64,000 nucleotides of DNA from the NCBI GenBank assembly GCA_964019335.1, contig OZ025733.1, positions 186,001 through 250,000 on the forward strand, written 5' to 3'. Below are positions 10,701-21,810 of this stretch, in pieces. A model generated the notes under the pieces. It was not told where the DNA came from. It searched no databases and saw only the letters and a program-made list of their open reading frames with translations. Origin of the DNA: Diplonema japonicum. Its lineage: Eukaryota; Protista; Euglenozoa: Diplonemea. The position numbers and the translations under genes are program-made. The first letter of the stretch is position 1. Every line of letters starts with the position of its first letter.

Positions 10701-13700
10701 GGTGTCCATCCCGGGGAAGCTCGGGGAGTCTGGGATCTACCCCTTCGACAAGGACTACAAGACGAAGTGCGCGGGGAAGCTGGACGGCTACGCCAACGCG
10801 ACCACGCTTGATCTGGAGTGCTTCGCCTTCTTCTCCTTCAGTCCTATCAAGGAGCAGAGGCTCTCCTTCAGGAGCGGAGACGTGGTGATCCCTGCGGGGG
10901 TCGCCCTGCAGGGGCGTCTGAACTTCCTCGGCTGGGAGATCGCGATCGAGCTCGCGGTGAGCAAGACGCGCTTCTACATCAACGCCTGGATGGACCCGGT
11001 GGACCTCGACATCGGAGGGTTCAAGATGCGGATCGGGAACCGTCTGGAGAACAAGGTGGCGGTGGGCGGGGCGAGGTTCTTGGTGGACCTGCAGGTGGCG
11101 CCGTCCCCGAGCGCCTTGATCGACATCGGGGGTGCCTTCGACATCCCGATGCTGGACTCCTACGGCTACCTGAACGTGACCTTGAACGCAGACATCTTCT
11201 CCTTCTCGGCGGGGATCGACCTGTTCGGCGGGGCGCTGTCCTCGCACGTGAACGTGACCTGGAACTGGGACCTCACCTTCTTCAAGATGGAGCTGCGGGA
11301 CATGAACTTTTTGGAGATCGTGAAGATCAAGCAGGTGCTCTTCATGTACGACCTGAGGGCCCCGATCCCGTACGCCATCTTCCAGTGCAAGATCCAGGTC
11401 CTGTTCGTGAACCTCGAGGCTAAGGTGGAGGTGAACGGGAACGAGATCGACTTCGCGGTGACGCTGGACTTGGCGTTGGTGGAGACGACGGTGAGCGGGC
11501 ACGCCAAGATTTCCCCGAAAGGCTTCGAGGACTCCGAGTTCGACATCTCTGTGTCGGTGTCCCTGGGGGACGTGGGGCAGGCGATCTTGGACGGGATCAA
11601 TGACGCGTGCAAAGCTGTGGCGAAGGTGGCGACCGAGGCCTGGAACTTCGTGGAGGGGAAGGTGCAGGCTTTGTGGAACGGGATCACGGACGTCTTCGAC
11701 AACGCTTTGAGCGCGATCAAGAACGCGGTCGGGGCCTTCCTGAACAGCATCGAGGACGTGATCAAGGACGTGGTGGGAGCGCTGAAGAAGGTACCTGTGC
11801 TCGGGAAGATCGTGGAGGCCGGGGAGAAGCTCCTGGACGGGGACTTCGAGGGGGCGGCGCAGTCCTTCGGGAGCGCGATCGGGATCTTCAGCACGGAGGG
11901 GCACAAGATCGTGGACGCGGGGGGCAAGAACGAGTACGGGTGCAAGTACGTGAAGGAGCAGTGGAGGGAGTGCTGGTGCCACGGGCTGTGCGCCTTCGGG
12001 AAGACCTGCAAGACGAAGTCCGGATCGAAGTACGCGGAGCCTAAATGCATGGAGGACGTGGCGCTTGCAGCGGCGGAGGTGAAGACGAAGTCCGACAAGA
12101 TGGCGAAGAAGAGGGGGGTGATCGACGACTCGAAGGAGATCAACCCTGGGCTGCAGAGCATCGGGGCGGGGGCGGCGGTCCCGATGCCGTCGCTGCAGAA
12201 GTCAACGGTGGCTGTGCCGTTCGGGTCGAACCCGGCAGCTGCGGCCGGAGGCTTCAGCGGCGGTGTGAAGCAGTTCGGAGGGAAGGGGTCCGGCGGGGGT
12301 TTGTCGAGCTCGGAGCAGGGGGTGTCCCTCAGCAACATGCCGTTCGACTTCACAACGCAGGCGAGCTACGACGCGAGCGTGGAGAACACGCAGAACAGGA
12401 TGGTGACGGCGATGAAGGACAAGGCGCTCGAGAAGCAAGGGGGGATGGGGAACGACATCAGCAGCGAGGCAGGGTTGGTGACGCGGAAACCGCCGGTCCT
12501 CGGGGCTGCGACCTCGTACACCTTCCGCTGCGACCAGCCGATCAACCTGGACAGCCTGAAGCCGCAGCCCGTGTTCATCGACCCCGCGTGCACCTCGGGG
12601 GCGGTGGTCGTAATGCTGAGGAAGACGACGCTCCCCACGTCGCAGTTCCCGAACAGGATCTGCGGGACCTACTTCCTGGAGGTGGTGTGGCAGCTGCAGG
12701 ACAACCCCGCGTGCGGGGGCACCTCGGCCGAGGTGAAGCAGATCATCACGGTGGAACCGGCCCCGCCCGCCTTCTCCTTTTTCCCGGCTGACGCACACAT
12801 CAACACGCAGCAGACCCTGGACCCGACGGTGCTGGGGATTGCGGAAGGGGAGTCCCCCTGCAAGCAGGAATTCGACATTTTCTCCGTGGACAGCGAGCCG
12901 AAGGCCGTGGAGGGGGAGTGCGGGAAGTGGACGATCGAGAGGAAGTGGACGATCGTCCCCTACTTCTCCGACGCGGTGTGCACAGGGACCTTCGCGGACA
13001 GCAGCAGCAGGGTGCAGACCATCTACATCGCGGACGAGACGGCCCCTGTCTTCACCTACACCCCTGAGGGAGAGGTGGAGGTTCCCTTCTTCGAGAACTT
13101 CAGGTCCGCGAACCCGATCCCCCTGACGGAGGAGCAGACGCACGCCGACTTCGCGGGGATGAACCTCGTGTCTGAACCCACGACCACGACCTCGGTGGAC
13201 GGACCGCTGGCGAGGCAGTCGGTGAAGCTGGAGGACGAGCCGACCTGCAGGGACCGCGGGCTCGCGCAGCAGACGAGGACCTGGACCACGACCGACAAGT
13301 GCGGGAACAGCAGGACCTTCCAGCAGACAGTGAAGCTGCAGCACCCGCCGACGGCGCTGACGACGACGCAGGGGTGGACCCCCTCGCAGCAGCTCTTCGC
13401 GTACTGGGTCGGGGTGAGCCAGCTTCCCGACGTGTGCCACGCCGGGAAGGAAACGGTTGGAGGACCGAAGGGGTTCAAGCCGCTGGACGACTCCGCAACG
13501 GCGACGCACGCATGCGCAGTTGACGACGACGCCGCCGCCGCGTGGACGGAGGACGGGTGCAGGAGGCTGGGACCTGAGACCCCTGCCTACACGGAGCAGG
13601 TGTACTCGGAGCCGCCGCGCTTCGTAAGCTTCCCCTCTGACATCACGATCAACACGACGCACTCGCTCCACCCGGACAGCGGGCTGGGGAGGCCGACCGG

Positions 13701-15234
13701 GGCCGCCTACTGCGGGACCCCCCTCAGCATCCCCTTCCGCGACGCGGAGCCCGTCCTCGTCTCCTGCGGGGTGTGGGAGATCAAGCGAACCTGGAAGGTG
13801 CAGCCGCACTACAAGGACTGCGGGGAGGACTTCGACGCCTACCCGGACTCCCTGACGACGACGCGCGTGCAGACGATCACGGTGGAGGACCTGTTCGCTC
13901 CCGAGTTCATCGAGACCCCCGAGGCGGACCAGTTCGTGCACTTCCTGTCCGACTACGGCCCGTCGGTGACGGGGGTGCCCCTCGTGGAGGACATCGCGAC
14001 CCACGCGGACATGGCGGCCCTGAACCTCGTGTCCTACCCGATCAAGCTGGAGTACGCGGACGTCGCCTTCGACTACCACAGCGACACGCAGAGCTGCAGC
14101 GAGGGGCTCGCCGCCGTGACGAGGAGGTGGACCACCCGTGACCGCTGTGAGACGACGGCGACCTGGGAGCAAGTGGTGCGCGTGCAGCACCCCCGCTCGG
14201 AGGGCGGGATGGGGGAGATCGGGAACGCGACCCAGTTCCAGGCCTTCTCCGTCGGGGACGTCCACCTGGAGAACACGACCGTCGGAGACGTCGGCTCCGT
14301 GGAGGACGTGACCTTGAGGAGGAGCGTCGCCGACAGGGTCGTCGCCGGGATCGCGGAGCCGCTGACGGACCACTGCGGGATGCCCGTCCAAGAGCTCGGG
14401 GACAGCGCAGCCGACAACATCACCGACTTCTCGGAGGCGCTCCTGAACCTGCCGCCCCTCCGCACCGGGGCCATGAAGATCACCTGCCCCGATCAGAACC
14501 AGTCCCTCTGCGTGGTCGACATGCTGACCCCCAACACGACGACGAAGGTCACCATCGACGACAAGGACAACATGCTGCTGGAGGGGGACGGCGACCTGTA
14601 CAACATCTTCTCGGTCTCGGGGAACGAGTGGCTCATCCCGACCCCGCACCCGGTGCACCACAGCTGGTGGGGCTGGGACCACTGGCACACGCACAAGTAC
14701 CACAAGGACGTGTGGAGGACGGACCCGAAGCCCACGATGACGGTGCGGGCCTCCGGCTGGGTCATCATGAACATCGAGTACGGACACCTGGACCACAGGC
14801 TGGACACCCTGAGGGACACCGTGTTCGAGGGGAGGTCCCTCGGGGCACCCTTCACCATCTACAACATGAAGCAGATCTGCGAGAGCCACGACGACTGGCA
14901 CAGGGAGAGGGAGTGCAGGTACATCCACCACTGGTGGGGCTGGCACCACTGGCACCACCCCGTGCACCACCACCCCGGCCACCACCATTATGGACACCAC
15001 GGACACCACACCTGGAACTGGCACTCCCACTGGAAGGGCTTCCACGACACCACTATGCTCCTGAAGAACGTGACCTTGCACGGTACCCTCGTCACCCAGG
15101 ATGAGAGGGTTAGGCTCGAGATCGAGAAGTCCGAGGTCTACGGGCAGGTTATATCTGCTGGGCGCAAGCTGTACTTGGAGGACACGCAGTTCCACTGCAA
15201 CCTCTTCCCTGTCAATGCCCCGTGCCCACAGTAA
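7765..15234 (+). CDS. Giant secreted mosaic protein (2489 aa): signal peptide, (PVPT)n, Cys-rich duplicate, TDAP repeats, beta-rich region, amphipathic helix, HYR-like repeats, C-terminal beta-helix-like domain with His/Trp-rich inserts
   Basis: ATG at 7765 after an A-rich leader, followed by a hydrophobic signal peptide ([17 protein letters not shown]); strong codon bias; repeats of the form [11 protein letters not shown]...QTI...D...P.F resemble HYR-like domains. The ORF-track start at 7588 runs through poly-A and is rejected. Confidence 0.88.
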   Translation: MVRSRMPLLLWGASLLVVLAGAQDSAPTTTTTSEPLTVFSLASSLADTVDAYRGQVADALTNTGKELVEALGVKDEIEAMVENLEQLNNLKDTAMSGADDMIAFFEGDDMASYTDELSNLGSTLMPYVRAFTGQCNTSVASASRKALILEARENHLQRSAAGARSGVVLSRNCDQTAFQCPLFTVTVGFSVSYTRLRKGSFSFTPSVGIAASAGVDTAPSADWYKHLFGGVGLGWGVGVSWEWTPAPVVPTPIPTPVPTPVPTPVPTPVPTPVPTPVPTPVPTPVPTPVPTPVPTPVPTPVPTPVPTPVPTPVPTPAPTKGDPCTSDNDCGLDERCLNGNCAPECASDNDCGLDEVCSHGQCAPETTTNKNRRSLQQHQQQVESREGEVLATPPTEKKGWFANTEFEVALSVDWFANAGAYSGFAFTVGMDMPNIVQATTGIEGVTIVLTHPHWRCFEKVDRDTWWGDVKFGGFGLTVKSVEIPKDLKTADVTKKISGAIDGLKDLVKTSLKDLITGWKEQKKAAITDAAGNKWSGIGFNFGMAATLADSIVKGDSLVYDPSSCPVNTKSPPGPPPTAVPTVAPATKAPPTNAPDTDAPPTNAPDTNAPDTDAPDTQAPDTTASSSSGSTRELLDATTDFNNFLKLLKPVVQEGEISMPFCLGECSNPTPTTSISGVGRIGQPPTCNGVEAGVWVDQITMANIAYLVTSNFDRDVAKALDAILSPVLSFGIQDTKLALAATTTGVKLYAVGSPKLPDVLEGDFLEVIADVAGSFRVSASAELQFVGSAVLELRVGTDPDTSESNFAIVNTAGTLGMSIYIQFEHVFGGIPTQTLGVNIPLKICVERCSEVYANRYFLFLIGDLSLVVSPTAQLVRGTLTMDGWWYRALGLPFLHIGDITLGAEWDLKSPLPTGFTLGGAVCLGKEDNCKTDTQPFIEGRTYVGVSATLPEDNFFIAMVSELTIGGVIDLVSEYVPALDTVSIPGKLGESGIYPFDKDYKTKCAGKLDGYANATTLDLECFAFFSFSPIKEQRLSFRSGDVVIPAGVALQGRLNFLGWEIAIELAVSKTRFYINAWMDPVDLDIGGFKMRIGNRLENKVAVGGARFLVDLQVAPSPSALIDIGGAFDIPMLDSYGYLNVTLNADIFSFSAGIDLFGGALSSHVNVTWNWDLTFFKMELRDMNFLEIVKIKQVLFMYDLRAPIPYAIFQCKIQVLFVNLEAKVEVNGNEIDFAVTLDLALVETTVSGHAKISPKGFEDSEFDISVSVSLGDVGQAILDGINDACKAVAKVATEAWNFVEGKVQALWNGITDVFDNALSAIKNAVGAFLNSIEDVIKDVVGALKKVPVLGKIVEAGEKLLDGDFEGAAQSFGSAIGIFSTEGHKIVDAGGKNEYGCKYVKEQWRECWCHGLCAFGKTCKTKSGSKYAEPKCMEDVALAAAEVKTKSDKMAKKRGVIDDSKEINPGLQSIGAGAAVPMPSLQKSTVAVPFGSNPAAAAGGFSGGVKQFGGKGSGGGLSSSEQGVSLSNMPFDFTTQASYDASVENTQNRMVTAMKDKALEKQGGMGNDISSEAGLVTRKPPVLGAATSYTFRCDQPINLDSLKPQPVFIDPACTSGAVVVMLRKTTLPTSQFPNRICGTYFLEVVWQLQDNPACGGTSAEVKQIITVEPAPPAFSFFPADAHINTQQTLDPTVLGIAEGESPCKQEFDIFSVDSEPKAVEGECGKWTIERKWTIVPYFSDAVCTGTFADSSSRVQTIYIADETAPVFTYTPEGEVEVPFFENFRSANPIPLTEEQTHADFAGMNLVSEPTTTTSVDGPLARQSVKLEDEPTCRDRGLAQQTRTWTTTDKCGNSRTFQQTVKLQHPPTALTTTQGWTPSQQLFAYWVGVSQLPDVCHAGKETVGGPKGFKPLDDSATATHACAVDDDAAAAWTEDGCRRLGPETPAYTEQVYSEPPRFVSFPSDITINTTHSLHPDSGLGRPTGAAYCGTPLSIPFRDAEPVLVSCGVWEIKRTWKVQPHYKDCGEDFDAYPDSLTTTRVQTITVEDLFAPEFIETPEADQFVHFLSDYGPSVTGVPLVEDIATHADMAALNLVSYPIKLEYADVAFDYHSDTQSCSEGLAAVTRRWTTRDRCETTATWEQVVRVQHPRSEGGMGEIGNATQFQAFSVGDVHLENTTVGDVGSVEDVTLRRSVADRVVAGIAEPLTDHCGMPVQELGDSAADNITDFSEALLNLPPLRTGAMKITCPDQNQSLCVVDMLTPNTTTKVTIDDKDNMLLEGDGDLYNIFSVSGNEWLIPTPHPVHHSWWGWDHWHTHKYHKDVWRTDPKPTMTVRASGWVIMNIEYGHLDHRLDTLRDTVFEGRSLGAPFTIYNMKQICESHDDWHRERECRYIHHWWGWHHWHHPVHHHPGHHHYGHHGHHTWNWHSHWKGFHDTTMLLKNVTLHGTLVTQDERVRLEIEKSEVYGQVISAGRKLYLEDTQFHCNLFPVNAPCPQ
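8495..8722 (+). repeat. Coding 12-bp repeat encoding (PVPT)n mucin-like linker
   Basis: About 16 imperfect CC(N)GT(N)CC(N)AC(N) units with synonymous variation. Confidence 0.9.
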
Positions 15235-16819
15235 GAGAAAAAAAAGAAGAAGAAGAAGAAGAAGAAGAAGAGAGGAATCTGAATTCTCCCCAATTTCTTC
15301 TTCTTTTTTTTTTTTTTTTAATTTTTTTATTATAGTTTTTTCTTAATTCTTCTAAAAACACGTTTCAAAAAGAAAAAAAAGAAAAATTACCTTCCAAATT
15401 ACTTATGAAAACTGTCATCATAGGGAAAAGAAAAGAAGGAGATCCCCTTTTGTTTTGCTCAAAATCAGGGTTTTCAAAGAGCTTTCTTCTTCTTTTTTTT
15501 TTTCTTTCTCTTCCTTCTTTATTTGTTCTGTTTTTTTTTTTTTTTTTTTTTTTTGTTTGCAATTAAACGACGGTTTGATTTTTATTCCTCTCCCTCCCTC
15601 CCCTCCTTTTTTTTTTTAAAGTGGGATTGGCCCTTAAATGGCCTTGTTCTCCCTCCCCCACGTCCCCAGCTCTTCCCCCCCCCCCCCCCCCCCGTTCTTT
15701 CATCCTTTCACTCTCTGTCCCTTCAAAGTTTTGAAAAAACTTTTGAAAGGGATTCACTTTTTCCCTCTTTCCTCTCTAAAAGAAATTTGTAGACGCGGGA
15801 TAAATGATGATTGCCTCTCATTCGTTTTCTTTCTTTGTTTCTCCCCCCTCTTTTTTTTTTAATTCCTAGTAGAGTTTCTTCAGAGAAAAAAAAAAAAAAG
15901 AGAGAAGAAAACCACAAAACACACACCGGCTTACGGACAGTCTCGTATTGTTGTGGGTCAGTTCAACAGAAATTATTCTAGATAACACTTCGAGAAGGAG
16001 TATAACCACAGGGCAGTCAGATGCAACCATCCTGCCTTGGGCTTCTTTATCATGCTTTGTAGTCTGTGAAAGAGGGCCAAGAAAGAAAGAAAAAAAAACC
16101 CCCCCCTTTTTTTTTGGCTCTCGTTTTCTGTTGTTGTCTGGCTCCGGACTGTTCTTTTGGGTGTATTGTACCTTTTTTTCTTTCTTCTCTCTTCTCTTTT
16201 TTTTCTGATTCTCTACGAAAAAAAGGAAACAAAACAAAAAAAGAAGAAGTTTTGAGTATTCATTTGTTCGAAGTCCTCCCGGCCTTTTTTTTTTTTTTTG
16301 TTTCTTTTTAATTTTCCAGAAGGAAGTAAGTACTAAAAAAAAAGAAAAAAAAAAGTAGAAACCTTGAGAATTTGGAATCTTAAAAAAGAGAGAAAAAAAT
16401 CTCAAAAACAAAATGTGTTTCTTACTTCCTTTTCTCGAATTTTCCCTTTTTATTTATTTATTTTATTTTTTTAAACCTCTTCTCCCTCCCTCATTTATTT
16501 TTTTTCTTCAATTCTTTTTTTTTTTTTTAATATTTTTATGACCCTGCGGCTCTCACGCGGAGTTTGCATGTGGCATCGACTAAACAAAAGAGGAACGTTG
16601 GCAAAGTGTTGACAAAACCTCTCTAGGTTTTTATCCGACCACGTACAAACCAACGGCCATGTTCCTTCTTTTTAAAACTCATAGTAGAAACCGATACTCA
16701 TGGTGGTTGGCCATAATTTTTTCTGGAACCTCAGAGTATATACTCCTCCCACCCACCCCCCCTTTTTTTTACATTCTTTTCCCCCCCCCCCTAAATCCAA
16801 AAAAAAGAATACTCTCAGA

Positions 16820-17878
16820 ATGTCGCAATGTCAAGCACCGTTAGCAGGCCGCACAGTAGTAGGAACAAAGCTCCCGTGGGAGAAGGTAAGGAAAAATGCA
16901 CATCACATAGAGCTGTACATGAGGCTCGAAGCGGCTGAAAAAGACATGACTGCTTATATAAAAAAAAAAGAGGTGCTTGAAAATCAACAAAAGCAAACGC
17001 AAGACGAGGAAGAATTATTGGAAATTGAAGCTGAGCACTCCCGCAACGAAGACTGGTGGGAGACCACCGCAATTCGTCTGTCGCAAAAGGAAGAAACAGA
17101 TATCAGAGGCCTTATCGCACGCTACAAGCTACAGGACGAAAGAGCAACGGCAAAAACAGCCTTAATGATGGGCGCTAAGCGTTTACGCCACGCGAAAATG
17201 GTACAACAACGGAGAACATCCGAGGAAAAAACATGGAAAACAGCCGCTGTTGCAAAATCACACGCGCTGGCTAAACTGGAAGCACAGCGAGAAGACGCTG
17301 TTTCGGCCTCCACCGCATCGAAAAAACAACACGAGGCGAACATCGCGAACCTAACCTCCCAACGAAACCAATTTCAAAACACAAACCCCGAAAAATTTCT
17401 CGAACTGTCCGAAGCTTTAATCAACGCCCATGAAGCCGCCGTGCTATCCGAAACCCGCCACGCGGAGGAACTCGACCGTCTGACTTCACTAATAGACGAG
17501 AACGACCTCAACCACGATGAATGCAGGACTTTAAGGGGAATAGCCGCAGCGAAAAAAGCTGCGAATTTTTTTAAATCAGCGCTGACAACCAATTCCGAAA
17601 GCCCGTCTCGGGTTTTAGAAGCCAGACAGAAATACCACGGCCGAGGGCAGTCCAACCACATCAACGAGGAACAGGCTCGCATCGCAAAAGAACGCGACAG
17701 GCAGGCAGCTGTAACTCAGCTAGAAGCCAAGCTTCGGGACGGAAGCCTCGACGAGAAGCGGGATATTATTCTGAAGGACATTCAAAACCTAAAATCCCTA
17801 GCCGACCACGACACTATCCGCTGCATGAGCGCTGTGGAGAAGCTCAACCCAACTGTTTTGGCACGCAAGAACAACAAG

Positions 17879-17939
<61 letters not shown>

Positions 17940-18625
17940 TTCCTACGACCATCACGGTAGCAACAGGTCTGCAGCTGACCCCGCGGTCGAAAAAAAACAA
18001 AAAACTTGCGATTCTGTACTCCCTTCACCGGGTAGAGCGAGCGTCATGTGGTACAACCGACAACCCCCCCAACCCCGTGAAACCTGCAGCTGCAGTGAGG
18101 AAAATAGACGCACCGTCTGAAAAATTACTGGAAATCCCCAAAAGATACAGGCGTGTCGGGGGTTGGGAAGATTCGGGTCCATCGCAACAATCTAAAAAGC
18201 TGACGCGACGTGCGGAAGCACAGCACGTAGCCAGACAGCAGGCCGACGTTGCGAAGAGAAAGCAGAAGCATGACAGAGCACTTCGGAAGCTAGCTTCTCG
18301 CCGCACAGCACGACAGGCCGAGTTCTCAGATGCTACCCGGAGGTGTATAGCCCGTGTGTATACCCAAGCTATCGAGGACAGCAGGCATCTGCACCTTTCC
18401 TTATCTCGTTCGTTTGCAGCCACCGGCAACAGCAGTCCTACAAGAAAGCTCAGGCCCGAGACCCTCCCTGAGTGCAACAACCGCATGTACTACTCCCGCA
18501 AGGAGAACACCAGAAAGGCGAAGCACGCAGCGTACGAAAAGTACGTGGTCGGCACGCAGCCGACCTTCCTCAAGATGAAGGAGAGAGACCGGGCGGCCGC
18601 GTTCAGCAGGCTGGCAGGGGATTGA
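16820..18625 (+). CDS. Hypothetical coiled-coil protein with poly-Asn tract
   Basis: 601-codon ORF from ATG 16820; E/K/A/R-rich helical composition; in-frame (AAC)n at 17870-17938. Confidence 0.75.
17870..17938 (+). repeat. (AAC)n coding microsatellite (poly-Asn)
   Basis: About 22 AAC units with one AAG interruption. Confidence 0.95.
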
Positions 18626-18991
18626 TTTCTTTTTTTTCCCTTCTTCTTAAACGCTCTTACGAGCAGTTTTTTTTTTTCTTTTTCCTGTTTCCCCCCGCTT
18701 CCCCCCCCTTTTTTTGGCGTCAAAGAATACCAAGAAATACTTTAAGAAACTGGGCAGGAAGTGGCAAGAAGAAAGGGAGGACACTTTGAGAAAGGGCAAC
18801 ACAGGCCGGAAAAGAAAGAAAAGCCAAGCCCCCTCTAGAAAGGGGAAAGTAGAGACAATGGAGGGACTTCTTCTTCTTCTTCTTCTTTTTTTAACCTTCA
18901 TGCTCAACAAAAAATATTTTTTAAAAAAAAAAAGGAGGGAGAGGGGGAGGGAGGCGAGAAAAAGAAAAAAAAAAAGAAAAAAAAAAGAAAA

Positions 18992-20350
18992 ATGGTATCA
19001 ACAAAATCGTCAGTGGCGCCCCCCGCAGAGCCGAGCAGCACCGCGTCTGCTGTGTTCAACATGATCAACGCAGTGCTGGGGGCAGGCATCGTCAGCCTGC
19101 CGTACGCATGGGCGAAGGCGGGGTTCATTCTGGGGTGGATCATGTTTGTGGTGACGGCAATAGGAACATGCTACACCCTCGAGGTCCTGATATACATCGC
19201 AGTGCCCTTACATGAGAAGGGGGAGATCAGTGTAATCGCCTACGAGGTACTGGCGGAAAGAATCCTCGGGATATGGGGACGGAGAATGATCCTCGCATCA
19301 CAGTTTTTATACGCGTTCGGCATCGCAGTAGGGTACGTAGTCATCATCCACGATGAGTTCCCAACCGCCATGAGCCAGCTCACGGGAGCCGGGTTTTTCG
19401 ATCACGAGATTCTCAATGTGTTGATTGTTGCATTCGGGCTGCTTCTTCCAATGAGCTTGCTGCGAAGCGTTGCGGGCCTCGCCAAAATGTCGTTCTTCTG
19501 TTTCCTCACCGCTATCATAATCAACGGGCTCGTTCTTTACGAGAGATTCACAAGCAAGTCCGACCTATGCGAAGGCTCTTCTGGATCTGGGTCTTGCGAT
19601 GAAGCGTGGTCCACATTTGCAAAATCCTCTGCTCTGTCTGTGTACGGGATATTTGTCTTCACCAAAGCCTGCCACCACACACAGTTCCAAATATACAGAT
19701 CTTTAGGGGACGGTGGAAACCCTGAAAGATGGTCATGGATATGCAGACTAGCTATTGTTCTGTGCTCTGCCATCACATCGGGATGTGCAATGACCGTGTA
19801 TTCCACATTCGGTGAAGGTGTCGAATCTGATTTCTTTAAGTCGTATTGGAAGGACAGTAAGGTGGTAAGCGCAGGGAGGCTGACGTTCGCAGGGCTCATT
19901 ATGATGGGGTTCCCGATGCAGCTTTTTGTGTGCCGTGAGACGCTGCAGGTTATCGTAGTGCAGTACCTTGAGGAAAGAAAGAAGGCGAAGGAGCTCATCC
20001 CCACAGAGGAGGAGGGTATTATTCAGCAAGAGTCCACTTCGTTAATCGCGGAGAGCGCGGCTGGTGTTGGCCGTGAGGCGACATCGCCTATGCTTCATTA
20101 CTCCACCACTTTCTTCCTCTTCTTCCTTGTGCTGGGGACTGGTATATCTACTGATTCCCTTGGCGCTGTTCTCTCTCTTGTGGGCGGGACTGCTGGGTCG
20201 ACCATCGCCTTCCTCGCCCCCGGGCTCATTTGTTACCGTTGTGAAGAGGTCACAGGCCTGCCTGCACCAGGGGGTAAGCACCTCGGGTTGGGGACTGCGA
20301 TCTTCGGTGTTTGCACGATTCTTATTACGTCAATCTTTACGTTCGTTTGA
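18992..20350 (+). CDS. Amino acid transporter, AAAP/Aa_trans (SLC38-like) family
   Basis: N-terminal motif SAVFNMINAVLGAGIVSLPYA, ~11 hydrophobic segments, FP motif and LG.V.SLVGG near the C-terminus. Confidence 0.9.
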   Translation: MVSTKSSVAPPAEPSSTASAVFNMINAVLGAGIVSLPYAWAKAGFILGWIMFVVTAIGTCYTLEVLIYIAVPLHEKGEISVIAYEVLAERILGIWGRRMILASQFLYAFGIAVGYVVIIHDEFPTAMSQLTGAGFFDHEILNVLIVAFGLLLPMSLLRSVAGLAKMSFFCFLTAIIINGLVLYERFTSKSDLCEGSSGSGSCDEAWSTFAKSSALSVYGIFVFTKACHHTQFQIYRSLGDGGNPERWSWICRLAIVLCSAITSGCAMTVYSTFGEGVESDFFKSYWKDSKVVSAGRLTFAGLIMMGFPMQLFVCRETLQVIVVQYLEERKKAKELIPTEEEGIIQQESTSLIAESAAGVGREATSPMLHYSTTFFLFFLVLGTGISTDSLGAVLSLVGGTAGSTIAFLAPGLICYRCEEVTGLPAPGGKHLGLGTAIFGVCTILITSIFTFV

Positions 20351-20872
20351 GTGGGGGGGGGGGGGGGGGGGGAGGAGGTGTTTGTTGTGTGTTTGATGTG
20401 CAGGGGTGTGGAAATATTTAGTTTGTTTTAAAAAAAATTTTTTTTCCACTTTTATTATCAGAGGGGGTTGTGGGGATTTTTATGACTCAAGAAGAAAATG
20501 TAAACGCCGGTTTGTGTGTGCTATGGGTGGGGGGAGTTTTTTTTTTTTCTTCCTTTTTGGCAATCTTTGGTGCGGACCTACAAGCACAGGCACTAACAAT
20601 ATATCATGGGCCTCAAAAAAAAAAAAAAAAAGAAAGAAAAGTTAAAAAAAAAATGAAATTGAGCCAGCGTTATATATGAAAATTGGCTTGGGCCAGCGTC
20701 CTGCTTCTCCTTCCTACTCCCCTTCATTCCTTTGTGCAGCAAGTGTTACTTTTTCCCCCCCCTCTTCTTTCCCTCCTTTTTTATAATTTTTTTTTTTACT
20801 TTGAGGAAGGCAACACAGCCAAAAAAGAAAGAAAGGCCGAGGCCCCAGAAGGGAGAAAGGGGTAGATAAGTA

Positions 20873-20916
20873 GAGACAAGGGGGACGTTCCAAAACAGGA
20901 ACCTCCTTTATCTCAT
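20873..20916 (+). promoter_or_regulatory. Intergenic hairpin element (type A)
   Basis: GAGACAAGGGGGAC-GTTCC-AAAACA-GGAAC-CTCCTTTATCTCAT, then a pyrimidine tract and CAG at 20943-20945. Confidence 0.5.
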
Positions 20917-21810
20917 CTCTCTTTTTTTATTTTTTTATACTTCAGTTAAAAATTCGTCGACGGGGGTGTTCTGGTGCAGGAAAGTACAATTTTATTTTCA
21001 TCAAAAAGAAATCTTGATCCGCGCATGCTGCTTCATTCATCCGTAAACTGCTTTTTTTTTTTTTTTTTTTTTTTTCCCCGAAAGAAATATAAAAGGCGGG
21101 CTTTTCTTTTCGCTTGAATCCATGTGCCGACGGTAAAGAAAAAACTGAAGCATTTTTATGGCAAGTATAAAAAAAAAAAAAAAAAAAAAAGAATGTTGTG
21201 TCCTTTCCTCTTTTTTTTCTCCTTCTTTTCCTTCTCTTTTTTTTCCCTTGTTCTTTCCGATTCAGCAAAACAAAGTCCGTTGTCACAATGACAAAAAGAA
21301 TGTAAACCAGTCAACTCCCCAAAAAAAGAAAACGTAGAATGAAAAGGCGGGGAAGGCGAAGAGAACGCAAAAATAGGAAAACCTATTTTTTAAAAAAAAA
21401 GAAAAAAAAAAAAACTGAAAAAGAAAATACATAACAATTATATACCAGGCTCTCCCGCTTATGTATGTCATAAAAGAAAGAAGGAAAAAGAAAAATGGAG
21501 CGACATAAGCGGGGAACTGACCAAAAGACCAGTGGGGGGACACTTATCTCCTTTCTTTTTTCTTCTTCTTCCCCCCCCCCCCCCCCCCCTCCGACACATA
21601 TCTCCTCGTTTCACCGTAAGCACCAGTGGTAACGCCCAATCTTGTTGGCCCCTTAGTAAATTCTTCGACTGAGCACTCCGTTCGCAGCACGTCCTGAGGG
21701 ACCGTCCTATGAATTTTAAGGCGATCATTACCGTAGCAATGAAAAAAAAAAGAGGATTTCCGTCATAAAAAAAAGGGGGGGAGAGAGGGGGGGGGGGGGG
21801 GGAGAGCATT

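Larger units (their letters stand above)
1..16240 (+). repeat. Tandem duplication, ~9.11-kb period, covering the giant gene plus ~1 kb of 3' flank
   Basis: 1-~7130 matches 9113-~16235, apart from homopolymer length differences in the flank; patchy similarity continues (7160-7270 vs 16240-16440; 7560-7617 vs 16679-16740). Confidence 0.9.

Noticed and set aside
675-15195. Long minus-strand ORFs (731, 997, 395 aa and their duplicates) and alternative-frame ORFs over the giant genes
   Set aside because: Shadow ORFs caused by the extreme GC3 of the + strand gene; no recognisable motifs.
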